A DNA stretch of 64,000 nucleotides from Guillardia theta CCMP2712 (lineage: Eukaryota; Protista; Cryptophyta): the NCBI RefSeq assembly GCF_000315625.1, contig NW_005434666.1, positions 354,018 to 418,017 on the forward strand, read 5' to 3'. A program made the position numbers and the translations under genes. Positions 1-13,715 of this stretch are shown piece after piece. The notes under the pieces were generated by a model, which had not been told where the DNA came from, ran no database searches, and was given only the letters and a program-made list of their open reading frames with translations. Within the stretch, counting starts at the first letter, position 1; each line of letters begins with the position of its first letter.

Positions 1-2076
1 GGCGAAGGGAAGAGAGACCTCCTGTGACTGAGAGGCTCCTTGTGGGACAGGAGAGACTTGGGGAGGACGAGGGCCCGCTGCTCGAGACTGAGCAGTTGTT
101 CGAGCCGGACAACTTGATTCGACTCCAGGTCCGTCCGTGGTTTCTTCTCTTGTGTGTGCCCTGCCTTCCATGCTTGGGGCGATTTCTTCATATTTGGCTG
201 CTGTCGTGTATTACTTTGCTCCTCGAGCAACAGCGACTGAAGGGCTGGGGCAGGTGAACGACTGGAAACCCCATCTGGACGTGGGGGAGAAGGAGCAGAC
301 GCTGTTCATCGACAAGATGTTGAGAGAGCAGACGGCAGCGGTGACGGAGGAGCATTGCGGGAATGACATGACGGATGACTGAGATGGCAGGGTCGTCTGA
401 AACTCCTCGTTGAGTCCAGTGGGAAACTTGGAGAGAAGACTATTGAACAATGGAGGCGACACCTCAGCATCATCTCCCAAAAGATCCGGGCGCTCCAGGA
501 GCATTGCGCTGCCTGCGATTCGGAGGAGGTGGATCGTGAGGCCGGTTGCACGTTGAAGCAAGTTGAGACTTGCAGCCTGAATCGTTTTGAAGATGAAATC
601 ATGGCTGCCATCAACAACATCGACGACGTGTGCTCTGCACTCTACGACTTCAAGGAGGAGGTAAGAGGCTCCCCTGCGTTCGGTGCTGCTGGGCTGACCA
701 GGTTGAGAAGGAAGAGATGGGCGTCCCGGTGGAGTGCACTCAGAGATACCTCTACCTTGATGTGCCAAACATTCCCCGCCCTCTGCCTGTTTGCTGAGTA
801 TCTTGTAGATGGCCATAATGGGCTGGGAGTTCATTTTCTCATCCCTTCAGGAAGATTCTCAGGATTGCATCTTTGACGGCTCGTTGCTCCCGGAGGGCTT
901 CCCCAGCAACGGCAGCATCGTCGAGCCGGCATCCGTCTCCTCCCCCATCATCTACAACTTCAGGCTCAATCACTCCGTCGTCCCTCTCAACAGGTCGAGC
1001 AAGCTCATCATGGGTAATGACTCGAACTTCCAGCTCTGCGCCTTTGAGAGGTGACGAGTCTCCTCTCCCTTGTGGGGCCTGAAGGAGTTTTCCTGCAGTG
1101 AGGAGACGGTCCTGGATTTCGCTTTCCTCCATTCGGTCCCTGTCGACCCGTACGAGTCTGTTGGCTAACCTCCCTCGCCCAGACTCTCGGCGACTGCTAC
1201 TTCGAGCGGGTGCTCGGACCTCCGTACGCCCGCGTCTTCACCCGCGATGATCGACAGCAGAACCTCAGGAGGGCGATGAAGGTGATTCCATCCCCTCCCC
1301 TCCTCGTCCCTCCTCCTCGTCTCTCATCCTCTTCCTCCTTGTCCCTCCTCCTCGTCCGTCCTGACGAGTTGTGCCAGCACTACGACAATGCCAGACAACT
1401 GTTTCTCATGCAGAACCCTTTACATTGGGCAAGATGCAACATCGGAATTGCGCAGTGCCTCCTCCACCTCCCCTTCCCCTATATCGTATCTTGTCGACTC
1501 TCCGCTCTCCTCTTTCTGTAACCCACCTTGAAGGACGAGCAGTTGCTGCGCATTGAGCGCGAGGCGGACGTGGGCAAGATGAGGTTGGATGTGGGGGGCA
1601 ACAGGAAGGGCGACAGGGCGAGAAATCTGCTGCTGGGTTAGCGATGTTTTGCTGTTCTTCTTGTCACTCAGTTCATCAGCCTTCTGCCTGCTCCATGAAG
1701 CCTCCGTCCTCCTTGAGCCTCTCCGAACCAAGCTGTCCGTCCTCAAGGACTGGGCGCAGGTGAGACGGGAGGCAGCCAGCGCAGACTAACTGACGGCTGG
1801 GTTCGCGACAGGCCAAGTACACGATGACGTCTTGCTTGCTGGAGATGGGAGCAGGTGTAACAGATCTCATGGTATCCTTCTTGACTGATCGTGTGCCTTG
1901 GAGGAGCAGACGGAGCGAGCCGCCATGTCTACGAGGTGCTCACATACCTTGAGGAGAACCGGGTCGAGTTGCCCGAGGATCAAAGTATCCTAGCTCTCGT
2001 GGGAGCGTCGCAACTGACGTTGACTGCAGAGGCATACATCCACCGTCAGTTAGTCTTCTTGAAGTGCTCGAAGTAA
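1..2076 (+). CDS. Multi-exon hypothetical protein, 5'-partial, with TPR-like helical repeats in the C-terminal half
   Basis: Chain of + exons with GT-AG introns. Segments such as TLGDCYFERV...QNLRRAMKHYDNARQLF...WARCNIGIAQCLL look like TPR repeats. Stop at 2074-2076. Confidence 0.55.
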
Positions 2077-2342
2077 AGTGCAGCCTTAGAGACTGAGACC
2101 CGACCGTGTTTCCCGTCTAACATCTTTACTGCCTTATTCATGATCATGGAACTATCTAGCAGCCCATCCTCGATAAGTCGAAGATGAGAGGATATCCGAC
2201 CTAAGTTTAACATTTCGAGCCAGCGCAGCTTCGATCATCCATCAAAAAAAGCTCAAACACAGAAACAATCCAACTTCTTCGACAGATCGTGTTCCCACAT
2301 GTTGTCCTCGATGCATCACCCTCTGACTCTTGACAGAAAACC

Positions 2343-3212
2343 TCAAATCTTGTACTTTGCCTCCTTCTTGTTCCCATCGCTTTTGTTCTTGATGCTCTGG
2401 AGCGCATCGTTGTGAACGTGGTACTCGATGGAATCCTCGGGGACCTTGAAGGTTGTCACAAGTTGACACACCAACTCACTTCTCACCTCGGTGCCCAGGC
2501 ACTCAGAGATGGCAGCTTTGAACTGTTGACCGATCTCCCGACATGACTTCTCATCGTCAGCAGACTTGGTCCAGACTGCCACTCTGTCTCCCGCCTTGCG
2601 CAAACTTTGGAGAAACAAACAGTCATCTCGACCTCACGCAACATCAAGCAAGACGTCTCAATCACCTGATGACAGCTCCGCAAAGCTCATCCCCAGCGTC
2701 GAAGTTCTCTCCGATCATTGCGAGAACAGTGTAAAGCCACATGTCATCAATCAGCTTCTTGCCATCCTTCTTTGGGATGCTACAGAAATCAAGTCAGGAT
2801 CCGTCCTGCTCTGCCTGCAAGCCGGCATCACCTGTACGTCCACTTCCCCCCATTCATGTTCGTCGCATGTTCCCAAGTCGGCTCGATGCCAAGCTTGAAC
2901 AAGTGATAGTTCGAGCCAGGATTGAGACGCGAGGGAGGACGAATGTTGTTGAAGATTCCCCAAAAGTCCTCGACCACGTCAAAAGTCGCAACCTGTTCCA
3001 TCCCCAGTGTCAACGCACCAGCAGCTCCGCTTGCTCAACTTCATACTGCTCACCTTCTTCAAGTTCGAAGACCAGTCCTTCGCTCCCAGACGTTTGACTG
3101 GGTTGTCGAACCACAACACCCATGCGTTTTGCAGCGGATGCTTGACAGTGAGCTCCGACGAAGGCGCTGCTGCCTGATCCTTGTCATTCTGTGCTTCTGA
3201 TCTTTCAGACAT
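2343..3212 (-). CDS. eIF4E: Eukaryotic translation initiation factor 4E (multi-exon)
   Basis: [58 protein letters not shown]: canonical eIF4E motifs. Confidence 0.95.
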
Positions 3213-4539
3213 TGTCCTTTGACGTTGTATGTCCTGCTTGATTCCTTTCAATGTTCAGCGATTGTCTTGTGTCTTCTGCAAAGTTTTTTGTGTCGTTGAG
3301 AGGTAGTTCCTAGTACTCTTGAAGAAACAAGTGCTCCTTCACAAACTCAAGCAGGCTTCCTGAAAAGGGGAAGAGGAGTTAATCAACCATCGAGCTTACA
3401 AGGAAGTAAAGCAAGCAAGCAAGCAAGCTTCGTCCATGTCAAATATCCTCACAGCCCTGCACTTGAATTGAAGCATGGCCGGCAATGCACATGACTCCCA
3501 GCGTACCTTTTACACACAGCAACTAATCCTTTCCTTCCCTCGCATTCAAACTCCTGTCAAGAGCTGACTGTGCTTGTTGCATCCCTTGATTGACAGCTGT
3601 CCTCTTCTAAAATCCATATGACAACCTGTCCCTGCGCTAACCATCTCCCGCTAATCATGTGCCCCTTATCACGGATGAAGTTGCCATAGCCTCGACTTCT
3701 TCCTCATGCACCTGCTTTAATCTGTCCTCCTCCTCCTCCTCCCCCTCCCCCTCTCTCTCTTCCTCCTCCCTCCGCTGCTCCAACCCTGCCATCCTGTGGC
3801 CACATCAGCCCGCGCCCATCCCCTTCGGCGCTGCAATAATTCCGTCAGGGGAACCTACTCACTACTCTTTGAAAACTGTTTGAAATCTTTCGGTCCGAAT
3901 TAGATTCTATCAAGAAGAAAATGACTGTTTGAGCACAGTTTTAGGGGTAATTTTCATCGAAACTTCAACCCCACCCCCACCCCAGGGTGGTATCACTTCT
4001 GCTCCTCGTGCCATAACGGTTTCCTACATTTCCTGTAACGGGTTCTCACCCCGCGGAAGAGGTCTTTGATCACCCCACCCCTCCAATTCAAGCTACGAAC
4101 AACTACCCCTACCCCTACCTCACCTATTGTTTATCACCCTACCTTTCTTTTTAAATCTTTTATAGCTAAACTTGGTGGGTACTCTAATTACCCCACCCTC
4201 AAATTGTCGCGGATCGACCTACCAGTTGCAGGTGATACCCCACCCACCTTCCCCCCCGGAGGGCACAGTCGTTTCCCGGGTTTAGACATATAACAGAAAT
4301 TTTAATTTCTTGTTACAAAAATTATTAATTAAATAATTTTAAACCTACTTTGTCCGGTTGGTTGTACCAACCTTGTACATATAAAATAATATATTTATGA
4401 CCCATGCTTTCAATCGGTATACCATAACCAAATTATAAATATTTTATATTAAAAAATTACTCGGACTGAGTCCGACGGCCCGGCCGGGCCCCCCCGTCCG
4501 TCCGAGCCACCACGCCCGACGAATTTCAACGCTCGCACA

Positions 4540-5604
4540 ATGCCAGGAGTTCGTTTTGGGGGAGAAGCGCCGGGAATGGGGGAGAGAAGGTGTGATGCAC
4601 AGCCGTACCAGCCTCACAGCATCATCATCATCCTCCTCCTCGCACTTGCTGCTGTTGCATAAGTTCTCGTCTCGTTTGATATCTTTGTTTCCATCCCACC
4701 CATCTCTCCCTCACTTTTTAAAAGTACGAGCCTGACGTCTGGTTTTTGAGCAGGTCTACGTCGAGCAGCAGAAAGGTCTGTATGCAAGTAGATGCCAAAA
4801 CAGAAGAAGACACTCCACGAGCAAGAACTCCTTCTTTAACGAAGAAAGCAATGGAGCTGTGGGCCCTTGACAGGAAACAGTGTAAGCTCGCTGCTGCCAT
4901 GGGTCAGTTGAAAGACGGAAAAATCCCTTCGCATGCTGATGTCCTACTGGAAGCTCTTGTAAAACACGAGTCGGAGATGAATATGCAGGAAGAGAGGGCT
5001 GTTGAAAGGGAGAGGAGGAAACGAGAGTTGGACCTTCGAAGACAAAAGACTTTGGAGGAACGGAGAGCAGCGGTTGCGAACAAGCAGGAAGTTATTTTAG
5101 AGAAGAAAGTGGCGAGAGCGAACGAGAGAGTTGAAACGTTGGAGATGAGACGGAGGTTGAAGGAGAATGATGAGCAACACTTGCTGGAGCTGAAGGCGAC
5201 GCAACAACAGTACAGGCGCGAACGTGAAAGGTTCGAGCTGGTCGAGAGAGAATGGATCAAGCAAGATGCGAGGAACAAGAGCATGCAGGAGAGAGAAGCA
5301 ATTCGGAGAGTAAGATCCTCCTGTCTCGTCAGCAACGAGCTCATCTTGTTGGCAGGTTCATGCCCACCACCGACAGATGGCCGACTACCAGCTGGAGGAG
5401 GAGACCCAAAGTGCCCGAAGGGATGAGAAAGTTGAGAGGCTGAAGAGCGAGCAGACGTTGAAGGAGCGGCGAGATCCGCAGGTCATGCGAGCGGATCCCG
5501 GGAGCCCAGCGGTGATGATGGGACACAGCAAGAGCGTGATCCCTTACGCCAACCAGCAGAGGCCCTGGGCCTTCCGGTTGTCTCGATGGCAGCATGCAGA
5601 TTGA
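4540..5604 (+). CDS. Hypothetical coiled-coil protein (multi-exon)
   Basis: Probable ATG at 4540, intron to ~4753, E/R/K-rich exon 4754-5309, last exon ending WQHAD*. Confidence 0.55.
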
Positions 5605-5782
5605 TGAGCGACTATGGAGGGAGTGATGGAGGCTGTCCAGTCATTGGACAGAAGCTCGTTCTTGAATGTGTTCAGAGCAAAGGAAGTAAAGAAGTTCGTG
5701 TTGATAGTAAAGGAGCAAAGAAGGTCATACACATGTGGAAAAGAAGGCAGAGGCGTGGCTTTCTTGGGTCTAGGCGCCACCA

Positions 5783-7892
5783 TTAGCGTTGCCGTTGGCA
5801 CCTGGCCCGTTGCGACTCACCATCTTCGTTCGATTCTTTTCTCTGCGCGCAAGTCAGCCGGACGGGATTCGAGGCAGCGGAGCCTGATGCGAACCTCCTC
5901 GAGACGAGGCGACGGAGGGCGAAGAACGCAAAGATGTGCGTGCCCAGCCAGAGAGCTATGAGGCACAAAATGTTCTGATAGATCTTGAGATCTCCATCGG
6001 CCCCCAGCTGCTTTAGAACCTGATCGCCTGTCAGCCTACCGACGGCAGCAAGAGGAGAACGCTCGTCACCTGCTCGCCTGTCATCGTTGGGCAGATACAC
6101 TTGGGCTGTTGCGGGGTGCAGCTTGGCCCCGTGGTGAGCTCGCTAGGAAGACACGAGAACTCAAGGCCACTTGAAACAAGTCAGCCAGAAGAGCGCACGC
6201 AGAAGAGAAAGTCCACCTGAACTCCAGCAGGGCGTAAGCTTCGAAGGCGTACTTCATCGGCGAGATGTACTTGATCCAGTTAAAGTACGGAGGGATCGAG
6301 TTTGTGTTGATGAAGAAACCCGAGAAAATCATTAGCGGGAGAATCAGAGGGGGGGCAGCGATGAGTGTTATCCTCAGGTCCGAGAAGATTGAGGCGATGA
6401 AGATTCCAAGACCGTTCCCCGCGTTGGTGTTGAGAAGGTGTACCACCAAGAAGAGCCCGAACGTCGCCGCATCGTTCTTGAGTTTCAGTGACCAATACAC
6501 TATGCAAGCTTGAACGGTGGGAAAGATGATGTTGTGAGGTAACTCAGAGAACACTTTGGGAATAAAATATGACATCACGCTGTACATGCCTAGAGCCTGC
6601 TCTCTTTCGAACACAATCTTTTCTTGCGCGAAAGCCGAAAGCATGGAGAAGGCGTTCATGACCATGTTCATAGCAAAGAAAAACAACGCGCCAGTCCTCG
6701 CTTGAATGTCGATTTGATAACGCCCCAGGTCATGATAGATGAGTGCCACGATCGATCCCAGTACCAACGCCTGCGCAAGCTTCGCTCGAGCAATCATTGG
6801 GTTGCGAACAACATTCTTCATGCTCCGGGCGTACAGGGTACTCATTTGAGAGAGAATTCCTGGACGTAGCTCAAGGTCGTTGACGTTGAACTCAACGGCC
6901 TTCGTGGTCGACTTGAGCATCGAGTCCACTTGCGCAGAGCCGTTGTAGTGCTCAAGTAACCTCGTTGTGCGCGCCAGAAGACCTGCCTTGTCACCGTCCT
7001 CCTCCATCTCCACGTCATTCAGAACGTTCATGAACAAATGATCCGCTGGGTTCACGTAGGGCGGACACCTTAGTCCTAGCTCGCCGAAGTAGTCCACCAT
7101 CTCAGCCGCCTTTCCCTGGTACATAATCTCTCCATTGGCCAACACCAACAGGTTATCAAAGCAGTGGAACGTGTCGGAGCTCGGCTGATGGATTGTAGCG
7201 ACAACTGTCCTCCCTGCTGCTGCCAGTTGGCGAAGGGTGTCGACAACGCTGAAGGCCATGAACGTGTCAAGACCTGTCGTGGGCTCGTCGAGGAAGAGAA
7301 TTGAAGGGTTCGTGATCAGCTCCATCCCGATCGCACATCGCTTCCTTTCACCACCTGAAATCCCTCCCTTGGCTGTCGGCGACCCGATCCTTGTATTGGA
7401 GCATTTCTCGAGATGGAGGATCTCGATGACGTGTTTCACTCTCTCCGCCTTCTCCTCCTTCGTCATACCCTTGGGCAGCCTGAGGTCCGCAGACATCTGG
7501 ATGGCTTCCCGCACAGTCATCGACGCCATGAGCTGATCATCCTGGAAAACAAACGCGCTGATACGACGCATTGTGTCCACCCCCACCTCTGCGCCATTCA
7601 CCAAGATCTCTCCTTCAATGAAACCTCCCGCGGACTCTCCAGCAATAGCGTTCAGCATGGTAGTCTTTCCCGCTCCGCTTGCCCCCATGATGGCTGTCAA
7701 AGTGCCAGGCTGGAAGACCCCTGTGATGCCTTTCAAGATGTCCTTACTCACCATCTTCTTCTTGGAACCGCAGATCCCTTTCTGAGGGGCGTCGTCGTGA
7801 GAGGGCACGAGTACGCGGTAGTATAAGTCCTTGAAGACAACCGATAGCGGAGGACATTCTGATGACTGGAACGACAAGTTTGTCGAAGTCAT
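5783..7892 (-). CDS. ABCG (White-like) half transporter
   Basis: Walker A GASGAGKTT, signature ISGGERKR, Walker B LFLDEPTTGLD, ATIHQPS, then an ABC2 membrane domain. 3' exons are spliced and the exact stop is uncertain. Confidence 0.95.
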
Positions 7893-9464
7893 TGAATCAA
7901 GTGGGCCGCAAGGTAACCACGCTAACGGCAGAAAGGAAGGGAACGACCTGTTAAAGAAGTCAAAAATCTTTCATCCATAGTCAATATGATATGGAATCAT
8001 GTGTTCACAAATATTCAAGTTGTACTCCACAGCTGTCTCCAAACACGCAAAACTCTTCTACAAATTAGTCGCCCACAGTTCAAGCAAAGTTAAATTCCAA
8101 ACTTTGCAAAGCTAGCTCTCCTCCATGCACTCTCCTCTGATCCCGTTCTGCAATCATTCCATGCACTCACATCCTCTCTCCCTGTTCTCTCTAGCACCAT
8201 CTCCCTTTACCGCCTGCTCCCTTGTGCTATACTGCCGATGTCCGCCATGGCCATGACTCCATAGGTAGCGTGACTTTTAGAAAATGTAAACATAAAACTG
8301 TTTTAGATTTGAACCAGAGTTTATAGAAGCTCATCGGGGCAATTCGAAATTTACTTTCAATGTTTCAAGATATTCGCATTCAAGTAACGTGACCGGGATG
8401 GGTATAAGCAGGTAAAAACTACAATAGCATTTTAATATTTTGCTACCTAAAATCAGAGATTATAGCACGATTGATAGAAACTATCTTCAAAAACGGAGCT
8501 CTGGTACCGGAGTCAACGAGTGTTGGATACAAAACCGAATGCATGTAGCACTTATAGCATTATACATTGAATCTCAAGATTTGATTTGATTTCGAGGGGA
8601 CGTGCCGGCAGACATGCCGGATAATCCCGATCATAAATAACAATATTAAAGTGTCAGATTACCACACATATAAAACATTTTACGTTTGTTGATTACCTAT
8701 GTTGAGTAAAACATCATGAGCGCACCGATAAATCGTGCACGATGGAGCCGCAACGAGGGCGAGGCTTGCGAGCGGCATGGGGAGAGCATAAAGCGGCTTG
8801 AGGCGGAGAGAAGAGGTCAAGGCAGAGAGGACCTCTTCTGACTTTCAAGCCACATCACGAATTGCACGATTTGAAATTGCACATCGCACGGTATCCTGTA
8901 TTCCGCGACCCACGGATTGTTTGGACTGAGTCTGTCTGAAATGCGGTTGTTGATGAGATAAGTTTTAGCGAAATGGACTATCATCATCATTTTACCAAAA
9001 GAGATGTATGCGTTTGTCTGACGCTCGTACCTTCTGTTTTAAATGAAGGTGTAGAGATTGTTGACTATTGTTAGAACGTCCAGGAGCCTGATCTGTCCTA
9101 ACAACTAGCCATTTCTTTCAGCATGCAGGGATCATCTTGTAGCCCTAGATGAGTGTTTCAAGCTTAATCTTGGCATATATACAACAGCCAAATACCTCTT
9201 TTGCAACTTCGCTCCGGGCCAATGGAATATATTGCTCGATGGCTGTGGAGGCATACAGTTGCTATCAGGCTGGCATCGATATATGCCTCGATATAGGAGC
9301 GAATGCTTTGGGCTGGTCAGGATCTCTCAAGACAAGGAGGGATATGACGTCATTGTAGCCTAGTGTAGACCATTGAACCTTGTTGTCTGCTGGTTGTGGC
9401 TCAAGACTGAGTCAAGCTTCGCGAGTTGGGCTGAGAGTCCGATCAGGTCAGTCATCATCAGAGC

Positions 9465-9526
9465 CTTGAGAGCTTGAGAGCTTGAGAGCTTGAGAGCTTG
9501 AGAGCTTGAGAGCTTGAGAGCTTGAG
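9465..9526. repeat. Perfect 8-bp tandem repeat (CTTGAGAG)x7.75
   Basis: Directly visible. Confidence 0.95.
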
Positions 9527-11324
9527 GGGCTGCCACTCATTACTGCCGAGTCAACTTGGCAAGTGATGGAGTACGAGTTTGTTAGGCTTGTACCATGACA
9601 AAGTAATCAGTGCAGAAATCAGTTGAACTCAGCTTAGCTCCTTGAGTTGAAAACTTCCGCCAGATCTCGTTGGAGTTCCATTTGATCCTACTCAAAGATC
9701 AAGAAAATAAGGATCGAGTTAGCTCCGAGTGTTTTCTGGCAACATGCCCAGTCCACAGTGTAGCTGATTTTCGACCGACCAATCTGGCTGGGGAAAGCCT
9801 TATTTTTCCTAGAGAACATTCGAGACCAAACAAATCAGTGTTGCTGCCATGAGAGGCCTAAACAACTTGCGGCTAGAGAGGGAGGCTGATGGATGAGAAG
9901 AGTCATCCTACTGTATACGACTGAGACTCTGAGAGACTGCCATGATTGTCGCACTGCATGAACCTGCGGGTGCCGACTGAACAGAACGGCGAACTTCACT
10001 TGCTTTGCCTATCAGTGCCCCTCGGTTGAATAAAAAACTCCTACTCCCGGGTCCCTAATACATTCCGATTATGACCGAACGGTTACTACCCGGCGCCGGT
10101 GACGGGTGACAGCGCGGCCGCTCAGTTGTGCGGCCCTGGGCCGGCGGCCGGGCCCTCGCCGGGCCGGCCCGGCCCGGCGGGCGGCGGCGGCGCCGCGGCG
10201 GGGACTGTCGGCGGCCCAGCCGCCTGGCTACTCACAATAGGGTAGTTGATAGGGTAGGGGTACAACATCAGAGTCACGGGTTTGCGAATGTCCAAGAGTA
10301 CCCCTTGTTTACTCATAGACTTGCGGATATGATGTGAGGTGGGTACATTCCGTGATTGCCAACGGGGTAGAAATGACGGGGACCAGTGAAGAATGGGGGT
10401 AGGGTCATGAGTACAATTTAGGGTAAGAGAATGAACCCGGTACTTCAACAGAGAAATCTTCTGATTTAAAGGGGTAGTCTGGTAGTTCATTTTGTTCAGG
10501 TTTTATGCTAGGGGTGGCATATGAAGGCAAATTGGGTAGGGTGGTAGCAGGGATGCGGCTATATATATGAATTCTTTAGGGGGTAGGGTTATGAACTTTC
10601 AAGAATTCAGGGGGGTGGTGAAGAGGAAAAGGAGCTATTTGGTGGGGCACTTCAGGGAAAGATGAGGGTGGGGGTGAAGATGTGCCCTGGGTATTGAAAG
10701 TCAAGAGAAGGGGTAGGGTAGAGGTGGTCAAAACCTCTGGAGTGCATTATTATTAGGAAATGGCCGACTCCGGGGGGCGCGGTGGAGAGAACTAACCTTA
10801 GGAAGGGAAGAGAAACAAGGATGAGAGATTGAGGGCAGGGACAAGGAAGGGAGACCAAGAAAGAGTGTGGAAGAAGCGATGTGATGGATAGGATGCAGCA
10901 ACATGGTTGCATGAGATTGTGACAGCATATGAACGTACAGGGCCAGGACAGGTCTACCTCGTTAGAAATTCAGGAGAAGTGAGCAAAATTGCATGAGTGG
11001 ACTCTGCAACTCAGATGAAATAATTTTGTTGTGAAGGAATATTGGAATTTCCCTCTGAATGGTGAAAGATCGAGTTACAGTGGAGGAGAAACAGAGATCC
11101 ATGTTTGAGCCTTGGGCAGCTTCATAGTTGTATTCATCCAAAACTTCAAAATTCCAAGCATGTTGAATGATCTAGGTTGTGATTCTTTCATGGAACTTGT
11201 CTGCCATGAAGCTCTTTGAACTTCCTGCAAAGACAGCAACTTCCTCATATCTCCCGTTATGAATGAGTATCGCTCGCAGATGTTCAATTCCTTCATCTCC
11301 TTCTCACCACCACGTGCAGGAGAT

Positions 11325-13606
11325 ATGGGACCTCGGCTGAAGCTCGTGCTTATGGCTGCATTCCTGATGACGACAGCTCAGCTGCTGTTCGTCTATCAAG
11401 GAGGCATTTTTGCCTCGGAAGACTCCCTCCTTCAAGGCTATCGCAGCAGGATACAAGAGCGACTTAAGAGGACCAAGAGCGTGCATGCGGCTGAGGTGTG
11501 TGAAGAGACTTACGGGCTGTTTCCCTGCTCCTCCTCTCTTCCTGGCTCGATCTTCCTCTGTCTCATGTATGGAGCGCTGCTGTTGAAGGGAGCAAACCTG
11601 ATCAGCGATGGCTCGGAGCTCTTGCTGGAGGTTCTGGACCCAGGACTGATCGGAGGCCTTCTCCTCCCTGTGCTGGGAGCGCTGCCAGACTCTGCAATGA
11701 TCGTGATGAGTGGTCTCGGAGGAACTAGGGAGCAAGCGAAGGAGCAGGTGTCAGTCGGTGAGAGGTCTTGCTGCTGCCTGGTGGTCTGCCTCACGGTCTA
11801 TTCAGGTATCGGAACCTTGGCAGGAAGCACCATCATGCTCCTCTCCATCGCCTGGGGAGGATCGCTGGTGACCTGTCCTTGACCTCTTGTGAGCTGAAAG
11901 GCTAACGTGATTGCAGTGGGTAGGACGGTGTGACATCCAGGATGGGATGGCGATCGATCGCAGGCTCACCCGCAGCTTCGACCTGACCAACACGGGCGTG
12001 ACAACGGACGAGAGCACGAAGCTGAACGCCTACATCATGATGGCCTCCGCCCTGCTCTACCTGACACCTCAGATCCCCACCTTCATGGGGGAGGCTCACG
12101 ACCCGTCCGCCGCTGGGCTCGGAGGAATCCTTTGTATCGTTGCGCTGGCAGCGTATTGTGCGTTCCAGGTCTTGTGGCCTGAGCTGCAGAAGAAGAAGAA
12201 GGAGGCGGCGCACAAGAAGTTCTTGAAGCACAGCGCCATCATCCTTGCAAGTGAGTTCGCCAAGAACGCAGGGACTATCCTTGTTGCTGAAAACGGAGAG
12301 CTGCGTGATGACGCGCTAAAGTGTCTCTTTGACAAGTATGACACGGACAGGGTGAGGCGACTTCTGACGTCGGTCATGACCTGAGCGATGACGGCATCTG
12401 CGCAGAGCGGGACGATAGAGAGAGACGAGCTGAGGAAGATGATGATGATTCTGTCTCAGTCCGCCAGCACTCAAACATCGATAGGAGAGATCGACGGAGA
12501 TCTCGAGTACCTGATGCAGGTAGGAATCAGAGTTTCTTGCAAGCTTGCTCATCACGCCTTTGCGATAGGAGCTGGATGCCGACGGTGATGGGCAGATCAC
12601 GTTTGATGAGATGAGAGGAGGGCTACGGAGGTGGCTAAGGGACCTCGAGAAGGAAAGGAAGTCACAGTGAGAGCAGATGCACTGTTCGCCATGGCGTTGA
12701 CGGCCATTCTCAGGGGAGGGTTGCATGGAAGCATTGAAAGCACCCCTTTGCTCGTTGCGGGCGCAGACCAAGAAGAAGCAGAAGAAAGCGACGATGAGGA
12801 GGAAGGAGAGGAGGCTCTCACGCCACGTCAGGTCGTCATCCAGATGCGGACAAGAATGGATGGGGACTGACGGCACTGCAGATTTACATGAACTCAGCCA
12901 AGCTGATGATAGGAGGAACATTTCTTGTTGCCCTCTTCTCTGACCCGATGGTGGATGCTGTGTCCTCGGTGCGTGGCCGGGTTGAGGAGGAGAGTGAGAT
13001 CGGGATTGACAGGAATGTGCAGTTCTCAAAAGCAAGCCACATCCCTGCTTTCTTCGTCTCTTTCTTAGTGACTCCATTTGCCTCGAATGCGTCAGAGCTT
13101 GTACAATCTCAAGATGTTCAACAACTTTGGTATGACCATGATCCTCAGGTTAGCAGCCTGCAGTTTGCCAAGAAGAAGAAGAAGAAGAACATATCCCTCA
13201 CTTACAGCCAGGTTTCCCCATCTCACTTGACGTGGTCTGGCCTTGATTGCTCTCTAGGTCTACGGGGCAGTCACCATGAACAACACCATGTGCTTGGGCC
13301 TCTTCCTCCTGGTCGTCTGGTATCGCAACCTTGACTGGAACTTCTCCTCGGAGGTTCCCACTTGTTTCTCTTCCTCAATTCTGTGACCCTCATCCAGGTG
13401 GTTACTACCATGAGCATGATCTTTGCCCTCGGCGTCGTGGCCTGCACGCGAGTTACCTTCCCTCTCTACATGGGTGAGTCAGTGTCAGGATCATGGGGGA
13501 GCACCGAGTTGTGCCTGACTTCACCGCAGCTTTCTTCTCCCTCTCCCTCTACCCCATCGCCCTTGCGCTGGTCTACTTCCTCGACTACGTCGTCGGGTGG
13601 CAGTAA
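11325..13606 (+). CDS. NCL: EF-hand-containing sodium/calcium exchanger-like protein (NCL/EFCAX type), multi-exon
   Basis: CEETYGLFPC, LISDGSELLLEVLDPGLIGGLLLPVLGALPD, GTLAGSTIMLL, EF-hands (DTDRSGTIERDE; DADGDGQITFDE), PFASNASE alpha-2 repeat. Confidence 0.9.
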
Positions 13607-13715
13607 CAGTGATGACGTTATCGGGTCTTTATTCCCCGACTGTTGGATGTACAAATCTCCCTCAGCTAAACCAGTTGTCAATAAGTCTATCAGTTAATAC
13701 ACTTCACGATCGCCA

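Noticed and set aside
9465-9526. Repeat arrays (also 22620-22766) as CRISPR
   Set aside because: No unique spacers, eukaryotic context and no cas genes.
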